Positions 1 through 12,200 of a stretch of DNA of 64,000 nt are shown here, one piece after another. The notes beneath the pieces were generated by a model that saw only the letters and a program-made list of their open reading frames with translations, was not told the DNA's origin and did no database searches. Both the position numbers and the translations under genes were made by a program. Numbering within the stretch: position 1 is the first letter of the stretch; the number at the start of each line of letters is the position of its first letter. Where the stretch lies: positions 16,060,001-16,124,000 of the forward strand of contig NW_024704743.1 of the NCBI RefSeq assembly GCF_018977255.1, given 5' to 3'. This stretch comes from Callorhinchus milii (taxonomy: Eukaryota).

Positions 1-63
1 TTCTTTGGTTCAAAATGTAACTAGAACAAACCATTGTAATACTGTAAAACATATATATTTTAC

Positions 64-203
64 CAGCATCTTTGTCCTTGGCTTTGTAAACTTGTCCATA
101 AGTGCCTTCACCTATTATTCCAATGATGTCAAATTTGTCCACGCAACGTTTACCCCAATCTATTTCCGTTATTTCAGTTTCACCATGTCGAGGTCCACAG
201 ATT
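64..203 (-). CDS. CDK13: CDK13 coding exon 4 (140 nt, start of kinase domain with Gly-rich loop GEGTYG)
   Basis: TTTTAG|A ATC TGT GGA CCT CGA ... GAT GCT G|GTAAAT. Confidence 0.96.
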
Positions 204-3200
204 CTAAAAACACATTTCAGTCAAACATTAGAAGCTAACCATGAGAAGCAGATCCAGATTAACAGTATCACCATACATGAAATGACACTGCATGGTTTCT
301 AGACCAACTAGTTAAATATTATTTGCCAGATGCAATATAATATATAGTCAAGGTGTAGGGCAGGTAACGTAAATTTTTTATTAATTTGAACCGTATTACC
401 CAATTAAAAATACGCTCCAAAGAATTAAACAAATACACTAGTAATTAATACAAATTTTCAATGAAAGTACAATTTAACTATGCAGATTTGTTCATTACTA
501 TTCCTCTCAGCCAACTGCATGACAACCCAGAGAAAACGCCCAAAATAAAATAAAGCCAGCAAGATTTGTAGAATATTTATTTCATGCTGTATTTTCACAG
601 CAAATACAGTACAATAACTTGTGTATATTGCAAGTAAAATTTTGACTGATTCCTACACTGATGCAGTTCTCACACTGCAAGTTATTAGCCTTGAAAACCT
701 TCCTTGGACAACAATCTTTGACCAGGTCTTTAATCAACATCCTCAACCCTACCCCCTTTGATCCATTCAGCTCAATGAATCACATCCTAACAAAGTGAAT
801 TAATTATCCAAGATGAAAAATACAGTACAAGTGCAATACAAGTGCTCAAACTAGGCTATTTGAATGCATAGTGTTCAGAAACCATCAGGATAGACTTGTT
901 TGTTGTTGTTCTTTTGGTCAGCTGGGTATCTGACACGTGCAGAAACTCATTCATCATGCTTAAGGGTATCAAAATCAAGCTGAAATTTCCATGCATCCCA
1001 CCTACACTTGGAAATCGCGGAGATAGATTGGTGGAATGGAATGCACACTCCCTCCATGGAGGGGCTTATCCTACTTACCTAATTCCGGAAATTATTAGGC
1101 GCAGGTTGGCAAGAGCTAAGGCTTGGGGACTGCAGAATGTGCGTTGGGGAACCAGATAAAACCACATAGCTTGCCATTGATAGCTCTGCCTGGCAGCTAT
1201 CCAGCTAGCACCACCCTTCCCATTAGTGCTTTGGCTCGCAGGGTTAGTGCTTTGGTTAGATGGGCAGACTAGTCACTGGGGGCAGGGAGTGGGATGACTC
1301 CCTGCCCCTGTGACTGGCCTGCTCTTCCAGGTCCTGCCGATGTGCTGTCATCAGCAGTGCCTTGGAATATCTTAGACCTGCCTGGCTCAGGAACCAGACT
1401 ACTGAGACTACCACAGAGGGCTGGTTCAATTCTGACATTCCATTGCCAGGCATGTCACCTTGGAGTCAGTTCCGCTCCAAGACCCTGCTTAGACCTGTGT
1501 GAGAGATGTGGGATTGAGGTGTGGAAGAAGCTGTCGCAAAGTGCTCTTCTTGGATTAAAGAAACCGTTTGGATGAGAAAACAATCACAATAAATGAACCA
1601 AGTGATAATGATATTTGTGGATTGGACTGTGATGCCTAAGTGAAGAATTCAATGATTTGGCATTGCTTTCCCTTTAAAAAGTTCGACTCAGCAATGCAAT
1701 GACTTCATAGAATCTCATGAAGTCATTGTATTAAGTGACATTGAAGAGTCACACATTCAAAACAATTTTATTTTCATAATTGTCACAACCAAAATAGAAG
1801 GGGGGAGCCAAGAGATGAATCAGAATAAACAATTTTAATTTGGGTTCTTGGACACATCCACTAGGCTTCTGATGTCACTGTGCCACTTATGTGGCAAGGG
1901 CCCAAGTTTCCTTCCATTCCCTAAACATATCACAAACTCACTCTGTTTGCAACTCTTCCTTCTGATGATAGAAGCAACTCCAAAAAAGGTCGAGGAAACA
2001 ACAGCCACTTTTCATTACCAGTTGTCTGCAGAGACATGCATGCAACAACTTTCTTGTTCAACCCCCAACTGTCCTTCAAGACCTACTTCTGGGCTCTCAC
2101 TCACTCAGCTTTTACTCACTTCTCCAACATTGCCTTTCCCCTCAGCCCCTCAAACATACCTTCTTCATGTCCAACCTACAAAATTCGAATGTCTTGCTAG
2201 CCAGACTCACCAGCCTCATTCTTTCTCTCTCCCTACACAAGCTTCACACCAACCAGAATTCCACATACAATCCTCTAATGCTGTGACAGCCTATCTATCA
2301 CCACATCCTCGCTCGGCTTCACTTGCTCCCCGTCCCCAAAATTCAAGATTCGGATCAAATTCAACTTCCTTATCTTCATATTCAAATGCCTCCACAGTCC
2401 CACCCCACCTTATTTCTACCACCCCCTTCAACCCCATCACCGAGCCACTCCCTCCGTACAGTAATAATATAATACTTGCATTTGATATAACACTTTTCAC
2501 GTTTTCTAGACGTCTCAAAGTGCTTCACAGAATATACTGTAAAGTGAATTGACTGCGTTTTTGTGGGCAAAACGTGGCAGCTAATTGTGCACAGCAGTGT
2601 CCCACAAACAGTCATGGATTGAAGTGACCAATTTATTATTGATTTTTTTTTTCTTGAGAGATTATCAGACATGTGGAGTAAGGAAACTTGCCCAAGGTTT
2701 CGCCCTGCCAGGAATCAAACCCAGATCTCTTGCTTGCGAGGCAAGTGCTCCAACCACTGAGTTACAGGACTCCACACAAATGCTTCATGCACCTTGCATG
2801 CTCCATTTCACCATTAGTAGGCGAAATTTCAGCCAATCTGCCCTCTCTCTCTGGAGCTCCAATCAGCAGAGTCCCTCCGCCTCACCCACTCCCTCAACCA
2901 CATTTTCTATTTTCACTAAGGCAGTATATGGAATCGGACTCTTGTACTTGATGTTTTTGATGAAGCAATAAATCCAATTCCTTACGTTTAGACCTTCTGT
3001 TTCTGCCACCATATTTGTTTAATTAAAATGATACACATGACCACACAAGCTTGAAACTACCCACTTTTCCATTTTTTGTAGTTTAATTTAACTGCAAGTC
3101 TGCTATTAGTACAGCACTGAGAAAATTAGTATGAAGTCCCAGTGCACAAACATTAGAATTATAGTACATCTTATCCAAACTACAATGCCAATATCAGCGT

Positions 3201-6200
3201 GTTAATTATTCTAACTTTTGGTACACATTTTGGTGTTAGGTCATTAAATCTCCCATATTGTACAAACACTAAATTTAGCATCAACTAAAAAAATCTTAAC
3301 TCACTTAGGTCGTTTCTTTAATTGCGGCTGAATGGCCACTTTCTTTTCTTCAGTAGTTTTAGGTGAAGGCAAGTCAGCTCCTGGAAGTTCAGGTGGCAAT
3401 GGAAGGTCCGTTAGTAAATGCCGAAGCTTTCGTTCAGGTTCCTTCTTTACTCCTTTTGCAACAAAACTGTTTGGGCTGTAATTAAGAAAGCAAATAATTG
3501 TAAGACAATGCAACAAATTTTAAGTTGAAGCTGATTTTGTATTTTGACATTCCAGAAGATCAAAGACTCTTCGTAACCACATTCATGATAGCATCTAAAC
3601 TTTTTCCCTAGATGGTAGCCAATCAGTTATCAACTTTGCATCATTTTGGTCATGAATTCAAATCAAATCTGCAATCTGATATTTGCTTGCCATGTGTTTG
3701 TCAGTCAGTCAAACCACTGGAAGGAAGCAGTTAAATTGTAAAGAAAAGCAAGAAAGTACCACTGTAGCTACAGTTCTGATCAGACCTCATTGGTAGTAAT
3801 GTGTTCAGTCTTCAGCACCCCATCTTAGGAAGTATATACTAGTTTTAGAGCAAGTACAACAGTGATTTATCAGAATGATATCAGGGATGAATGGACTTAG
3901 CTATGATGAAGTAAACATGTCAGGTTCCATACAATTCAGGGAGAAATTGATAGGTTAGATTCCCTGTTCCCTGTATGAGAAAAACCAAGAACAAGGTAAA
4001 ATAATTAAAATCAGAACTAAAACTGGTTAAAAGTAAAGATAGAAAACAATGCTTCCCACAGAGAACTATAAAAATATGGAATTACGCCAGAAGGCCATAG
4101 ATACAGAATAAATTGAGATGCTTCTGGGGGTGATATTTGGAAACTAAAAGTATTAGGGGATATGGGCAAAGGAGAATAGATATGTTAGATTCAGTGACCA
4201 ATCAAGATGGGTACATATGTATATATAATATATAAATAAAAAAAATCATCTCGCCTTGGGTCATGTTATCCCCCAATTAAGGTGAAAGGACAGAAAGCAT
4301 CCAGCTCCCAGGCCTCAGCCTTGTGATTGGCATCAGATTTTCCCTCCTCCTAAGGACCCTCTAAGACCAAAATGTTCTGCATCAAAATTTAAGACTACCA
4401 ACAGTGAGACCTTGACTTCTCATGGGCCCACCAGTTGCTGGATGACCACACCACCACCAGTATTTAGAACATGACAAATGTGGACTTAGGATCTGAAGCA
4501 AAACCATATTGATATCATGCCCTCCAGTTTGACTACTCCCTGAAACATAAAGGCTTCTTCACCATTTCTCACCAACACCAAAACAGGCTTCCTAGACATT
4601 TTCTTGTACAAGATGCAAATTTCAAAAAACATTTGTATTTTAAAAAAGTTAAGCAGCATTAATAGTTCAGGAGTAATATATATTATATCAAAAATGTTAG
4701 TACCATTAGTTTACTACAAATTGTACTCAATGGAAAGCTCAGAATCCAGAGTTGATAGTGAGATGATTTACTCAAACAATTTTACTGGACCTGTTAATTG
4801 ACTTGTGTATATGAAATAGAAAATACTACTAAAGATGTAAGACATTAAATGGTCCAGTGACAAAGTACAAGGTGAATACAATTGCATCCTACTGAAAATG
4901 TTTCCAATTCTTTGATTTGCTACTTTTTGTTTTTTGGATACAAACAAGATTCACTCACAAAATACTTCACAGTATATCCCAAGTGCTTTGAGATATCCTC
5001 CTGACATTAAAGGCACTATATCAAGTTCAATAATTATTATTAAGTCGCAAATCGTAACTAATTGAATAAACACACAATTTGAAAAAAATAGCAATAATAC
5101 TACCCACCAGATGTGAACAAGATTTATGTGGAAGACTCAAAACAAGCTAATCCGTTTTAATCACCTTACACCAGAAAATAATTTCAAAGGTTTGAACAAA
5201 ACCAATTGACAGTGCACAAATACAAATCTCAAATTCTGCAACAGCAACAAAGTATAAATAAAAAAGGGATTCAGAAAACCAGGAAGCAATGGGACATACA
5301 ATAGATCGAATGACCGACTTCAGTCTGGAAAATGTCTACGTAACGCTCAAGCTTCCTGTGTTGGGCTCTCTATAATTTATACCATGACGAGACTATGTCT
5401 CATTCAAAAGGGTTTTTATTTTGACTTGACATGACTATACAGTGGAAATATTAATGTGGGAGTTACAAAAATACAGGACAACACAAATAATAAAGAAATA
5501 ATACTAACCGTTCCTGGGAGCTGTCCGGGAGACACTAAACATTCTCATCTGCCAATAATCCAACTAAACTCTTGTTTGGTTCCTCAAACGTTTTATCCCC
5601 CGCTTGCTTAAATTTAGCAATCTTAAATTTAAACCCTTACAACTTCTTTCCTATTGTCACAGCCAGGGGTGTTAATAGCATCACCCTGCTGTGAATGTTA
5701 AACCAATTAATTAAACGTACCTCTGTCTCCCTTGGTTTTAAAAAAACTTTCTCAGACCAGCAAGGTGCCAATGCTGTGTCTTTCAATCAAAATTTCTGTA
5801 CTAAACCATTGTCTTTCTTTCCAGAACACATTAACTCATTAATTTATAATTATATTAATCCTTGCATTTGACACAGAGCTCCACCACATCCTTCAGACCT
5901 CTCAAAGCACCCCCAGAATACACCGCAATGTGAACCAACATTCGCCCCTCAGGCAAAACATTTACATCCCAACACCTGATAGCAAGCTGCTTTGTTAGTT
6001 TCAGATGGGCTTTCTATAAGTAGTGAAGAATATTTGGGGGAAGGTGAGAGGGAAGAAAGTTAAGATTTTTTTACCACGCGGTTAAAATATGCAAATTTGC
6101 AGGACAAGCCCGAGTGCTGACAGCAGTTGTAAACATCCAGTAAACACTGCTTCAGTTGGCAGGGGCACTATACTGTGGATTCCACGATAAAGAAAATGAC

Positions 6201-9200
6201 CAATGAGAGCAAATAAATTATCTTCTGACTGTGTATGGTGAATGATCATGCTTAATATGCTCTTTAACAGGGATTAATTTTTCATCAGAATGGAATAAAA
6301 ATGATAATAAAAATGTGCAGCACAGACAAGGGTCTCATTAGACACCAGCAACAGGATTATCCATGTACTCACAGAAATCTCTCACCACACTGCTACATTA
6401 GGGAACGAGCTCTAGACTTCAAAGAAAGCTTTATTATTATTCATATCACCTTTCCTGAAAACTCTCCTACTCCAAACGTAAACCACTATGTTTTGGGCAT
6501 TTTCCCATATCCTCATACAGTGTGCTCATTTTAAACTTCTTTTTGAAATATACACACTAGTTTGCAGCCTCCTGGCTATTTTCCTATTCAATTCAAGTAT
6601 CAGATTCCAAAGGCCATTTGGCTCCTCTGAATGGGGCAAAAGTTCACTGACTGCAGTAAATATTTATAAACACAGGACAATTCTTGCATCACTAGCATGG
6701 TCATAGCTGAACTGGAAATAATTGAGGATAACGTAATGGATCGCAGCATTGTTTACTTTTAGGGTCCATTTTACACTTTTCAAACTACTACTTGTGAGAA
6801 AATTTCCAATCAAATTAAGGCACCAAGATCGCATTTCAGAAGCTCATCCAGATATCTCATGGTCGAACACATCCAGCCCTTCTAACTTTAGCAAGATAAA
6901 TAGGGAAGATTATCCCTGCTGGTTGGTGAATCAGAACCAAGGGTGATGCACGTGGGAAATTCTCCTGTCAAAAGCAAAGCCACCATGAAATCTCATAAGA
7001 TCAACCCATAAATGTCACTTTTAGAATGTCTTCAGAAATTGCTCAAAGTAATGCAAACACACCCATCTCACCCCTCCTGAAGACTTCCCTCTCCTACTGG
7101 TCGTTTACCCAAATTGTTACACATATTTGAGCATTCCAATGAGTACCAGAAGACTTTTGCAAATGTGCGTGTGTGTGTGCTGGAGGGGTGGGCTGGGGCG
7201 GGTAGGGGGAGAGACGAGAGAGAGGGCAGTAGAATTAAGTTACAACCGACTCCGTTCTATAATAATAATAATAATCCTTGCATTTGATATAGCGCTTTTC
7301 ACGTCGGGAGGACGTCCCAAAGCGCTTCACAGAACACACTGTAAAGTGAATTGACTGTATATTTGTGGGCGAACGCGGCAGCCAATTGCGCACAGCAATG
7401 TCCCACAAACAGCCGTAGATTGAAAATGACCAATTTATTATTGTTTTGGGTTTTGGAGGGATTATTATTAGGCTCTGTGTGGAGTAAGGAAACTTGCCCA
7501 AGGTTTCGCCCTCTGCCTGGAATTGAACTCAGGTCTCTCACTTGCAAAGCGAGTGCTCTAACCACTGAGCTACAGGACTCCACAAATGTCTAGTCCTTTG
7601 TACACACGTATCCACCCACACCTGACCAGGGATTGCTGAATGGTGATCAAGAACAAAATCACTAATTGTTCAACTCCATAAGATGGGGCTCTTATGTCAG
7701 TTGCACCACCACTACTGTTATCCTGGCTATCAGCTAACTCAGTAAGAGTTGAACTCAACTTGGAACTTTCAAAAGCTGGAATCCAATTTGACAGTTTCAG
7801 ACACTTTCAGTAAGAAAACAAGTGAAAGCAAAAGATTGTAAGTAAATTTCTCAAATGCCTTAGGAGTGCATCTGATGAAGGAAAAGCATAGTTGAATCAA
7901 TACTCTGTAATGGAACCTATGATCCGACATATGAGACATCAAGGTCTACGGCACTGTTGGTTATTGACTAGCTAACATCAATCAATGCAATTTGAACAGA
8001 CAAACTGCTGCCAATCCGTACCTTTATCTGACAAATACTGTGTAATATTTCCAGACCCATCCATCCATTCTGAAAACTGGTTTCCAAACGATTAAATTCC
8101 AACACGTTTATACCTACTGTAGGACTAAACAAGTTATTCATTGTGATGAATGAACATCCCTTACTTCCCATATAAAATCAGCCACATTTCACCAATCACA
8201 GCCCACACTCCGACATGACAAAGTCCGTGTGTTGCTCACTCATGCCAAAAACTATATTCCAGCTTCACATTGTACAATACTGTATTGTGAGGCATTCCAA
8301 CAAGCATCAGATTTTATTTCAAAGCTATTTTAGCAGTACAATAATCAGATGCTTGGAGATCCAAAACCCTATACCCAGGCATCCAAAAAAGAGTACCATG
8401 ATCAATCCACATCATGTAGCCTCAGGGAATCTATGCAATTGACCCATTAAAATGAAACAAACTCATTACATCTTTCCACAAGACCAGAAAGCAAGATAGT
8501 GCCACAGTACATGCACATAATCACTTCCAGCAAAAACCTCTGAAACAACTTACTTGACAGCAATGGAATAGCCGGCTACTGGTTTTAAGCAATGTAGGAT
8601 GGCCTATTGGAAACAACAACGAAATTACATTTGTATAGCCCCTTTCACGTCAGGAGGACGCCCAAAGGCGCTGGATAATCATTGTTTCAGACCCGAGCTG
8701 TGGGTCGGGAATGGGGGGGGGGGGAGCAGGATGATCAAAAGCAAGGTCGAAGAGGAGGGTCTTGAGATGGGTCTTGAAGGAGGCAAGGAAAGGAGCAAGG
8801 CGGAGGGACTGCGGGATGGAGTTCCAGAGGGTAGGTGCAGAATGCCTGCCCGCCAATGGTGGGGCAGGCGAGGCAGGGGACGTGAAGCAGGCCGGAGTCC
8901 ACTGAGCGGAGGGAGCGAATAGGATAGTAGGGGGTTAGGAGGTTGAGAAGGTAGGAGGGCTCAAGGCCATGAAGGGCTTTGAAGGTGAGGACCAGGATCT
9001 TGAACTGTATTCTCTGAGTGATGGGAAGCCAGTGGAATCGGGCAAGAATGGGGGTGATAGGATCACAGAGCCTGGTGTGGGAGAGGACAGCACAGAGCTC
9101 TGGATGATCTGCAGCCTATGGAGGGAAGAGTTGGGGAGGCCGATAAGCAAGGAGTTTGCATAATCAAGCCTCAATGTTATGAATACATGTATGAGAGTTT

Positions 9201-12200
9201 TGGCGGCCTGGGGCGTGAGACAGTGGCGGAGCTGGGCTATGGTGCGGAGGTGGGAAGGCAGAGCAGGTCAAGGTACGGATGTGAGGTAGAAAGCATAGGA
9301 AGGTCAAGCAAGACAGAGAGAGGAGTACGTGTTTGAGAGAGAGAGAGAGAGAGAGAGAGTGTGAGAGAACAGAGAGATTGAGAGAGAATGGGGAAGTGTG
9401 AGAGAGTGTGATTGAGAGAGCTTGACAGGGGATAGAGTGTGTGTGGGAGAGAGGTGAAGTGAGAGAGAGTAATGGAGAAGACTGGGAGAATGTGTGTGAG
9501 AGAAGTGCGGGAAGAGAGTGGTTGAGAGGTGGAGTTTGAGAGGGAAGAGCGACTGTGAGAAGGTGTGAGAAGTTCAGTGAGAATACAACAACGAAATTAC
9601 ATTTATAGAGCCCCTTTCACGTCGGGAGGACGTCCCAAAGTGCTGAACAGTCAGGTGTCGAGGCCCGGGCATGGGAGAAATGTGGTGTAGGGGTGAGGGA
9701 AGGCAGAGAGATGGGAGGGTGACCCAAGGCACGATCGAAGAGAAGGGTCTTGAGACCGGCCTTGAAGGAGGCAAGGGAGGAAGAGAGGCGAAGGGACTGT
9801 GGGATAGAGTCCCAGAGTGTGGGGGCAGAGAGGCTGAAAGACCAGCCGCCGATGGTAGGGTGGATCGGACGGGAGACATGGAGCAGGCCGGAGCCCGCTG
9901 AACGGAGGGAGCGGGCAGGTTGGTAGGGAGTCGGTGGGGAACAATTGAGATAAAGATTGTGTGTGTGCGCACAAGAGTGCGTGGGGGGGGGGGGGGGGAG
10001 AGCATCCACCCACTCCCCCTTTCCTAATCAACCGCACAGTTCACTATCTGTAGTGACGGGAGCCGGTGTGTTTGCTTAATTCGCGGTTGGTAAGAGATGC
10101 ACTGACTTCCTGACAGGTATTATTTCCACTCTCCACGCTGCATCATCCCAACCGACGGCTCCTGCGCTGCCAAAAGAGGATGTTCATCAGAATTTGGAAA
10201 TGGTCTCAGATCGGATAAAATCACCGGCCGAGATGGATGTGGCCCATGGGCTGCCAGCTGGACCACACTTCCTCAAATAAGGAATCCGTCCCACGGCAGC
10301 CAAAAGGTTGGACCACCCTGGTACAGATGTATTCAAGAGGAAACTAGACCTTCACATGAGATAGAGGGGAATAGAAGAACATAGAGGGAATAAAGGAACG
10401 TACGGTGACTTATGTGGAGTAAAAACATCATCACCAACTGGTTGAGCCGAAGTAGCCTGTTGCCATGCTGTACATTCTCTGTAAATCTTTGTATAATATA
10501 ACCAAGTTACAGCAGGTTGTCATATTTAAGTCACATAAACTGCTATAATATACAGGTGCAACACAATTTCCTGTCATCACAAAACCAGCATGTCAAATGA
10601 TAATGCACCAAATAACTATTTCATCATAGAATATCTGGCATTTTCAAAAGACTGGCCCAACAGAGAGTCCTTTGCGACACTGAGCAAGAAAAGAAACGGT
10701 GGCCAGGCATCTTTATATAACTTGTGGTAACGTAGCCCTGAGTCTAGGACTAAATTTACTGTAATCTTAGGCCTGGGAATAACAAAAATCAGAATGGAAT
10801 AGGGAACTGAGAATAAAAACACAGTAAGCACTTGGTCTAAAACTTCTGCTGGTACTATTTATTTTTGGGATACTTTTAAACTTCATTCTGAAGATACCTA
10901 AATGCCAGAGAAAGTATACGTTTGAATATCTCAGATAACTTCCAAGTCTACTTCAAAACTTTATGGAGATTTATGGAATCAGTGAAAAAAGATGTATTCA
11001 AACATGTATTCAAAAAGGAAAACAAGATGTTTCAAAAACAGATTAAATTGGCACCACTTCCAGTCTGACTCACATGATGCACTGACTAAAAAAAAATCTA
11101 TGAATTTTAAACCAACTCTTACCTGCTTGCATCTTCATTATCATTCTTGGACAGCACTGGAGGCAGAGGTAGTGGTGGTAATGTTGATGATAGTGGTGCT
11201 AGATTCTTATCTTTCTCCCTTGCAGCTTCATTTGGCACAGCTTGCTTGGTCTTTTCCTTTGATGTTAGCTCTCCTCTTATTGTTGGAGTTTTAGAAGTTT
11301 TCTGCCCTAAAGTTGCCTCTGTTGCCTCCTTTTTATCCACAGTGGTGTTGGGTTCTATTTTCACCTCCTGAGTAATTACCTTGGCTTTCGGCTTCTCATT
11401 TAACCGGATTTCGGTATCTGTAGGAGACACTCCTATTCGTTCAGACTTGAATTTATTTGTCTCTTTTGTTTGGGATATAGAAGCCGCTATAGTTGTATTG
11501 GCATTCGTACTTGTCTTGGCAGTAGTTAAAAGTGCATTAGCATTTTTTGCAGTGTTTTTAGCAGCCTCAACAGCTCTGGCTTTTTTGTGCTTATTTAGCT
11601 CAGCAGCAAGGCTACTCTTATAGGTTAAACTGCTTGGTGAAATGCTCGACTTTCGACTGCGAGACCGCGACACCCTGTGCTTGCTGCGAGATCTAGAACG
11701 TCTAGAATAATAAGGGCTTCTACTTCGTGATTTCAGCCTCCTAAAAGAGCAAATCAAAAAAGGTCCAAGTAATTATCACAAATATTACAATAAGCATTTA
11801 ATATGAACTGTAAACAATGAATTTAGAAGGTGATACACCACAACTTAAATGTATACTGGTTTCTGCATCAGTATGGAACGCCTGAAATCCAGTTACTGCA
11901 CTAGAATATTTTGCCTCCAAGTATAAAACACAAGAAACAAAGATTCCCTGCGTAACCCAACACGACCCTAAATTTTTAAAATTGTATCTCAGCCTCACTC
12001 ACTAAAGTAATAAAAATTGTAGATGCCTTTAGTTCGGGTCATTTGTTTTTGTTTTAAAAAGAAATAAGCAACAATTCGTTGATATCACAGAAAACGTGTT
12101 AAGTCATTAGTTGAGAAGTAAATTTGATTACTGTACTTAAATGTTACACCCAAGTTATAAATAGATCTATTGCTGCAAGCAACGTTGATTGAATTGCAAA

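Noticed and set aside
1848..2552. 234-aa plus-strand ORF
   Set aside because: C/T-rich degraded LINE-like sequence running into a SINE tail; no domain or splice support.
10200..10320. hAT/Charlie-like terminus (GGTTGGACCACCCTG)
   Set aside because: Only one end is visible; no matching TIR or 8-bp TSD found.
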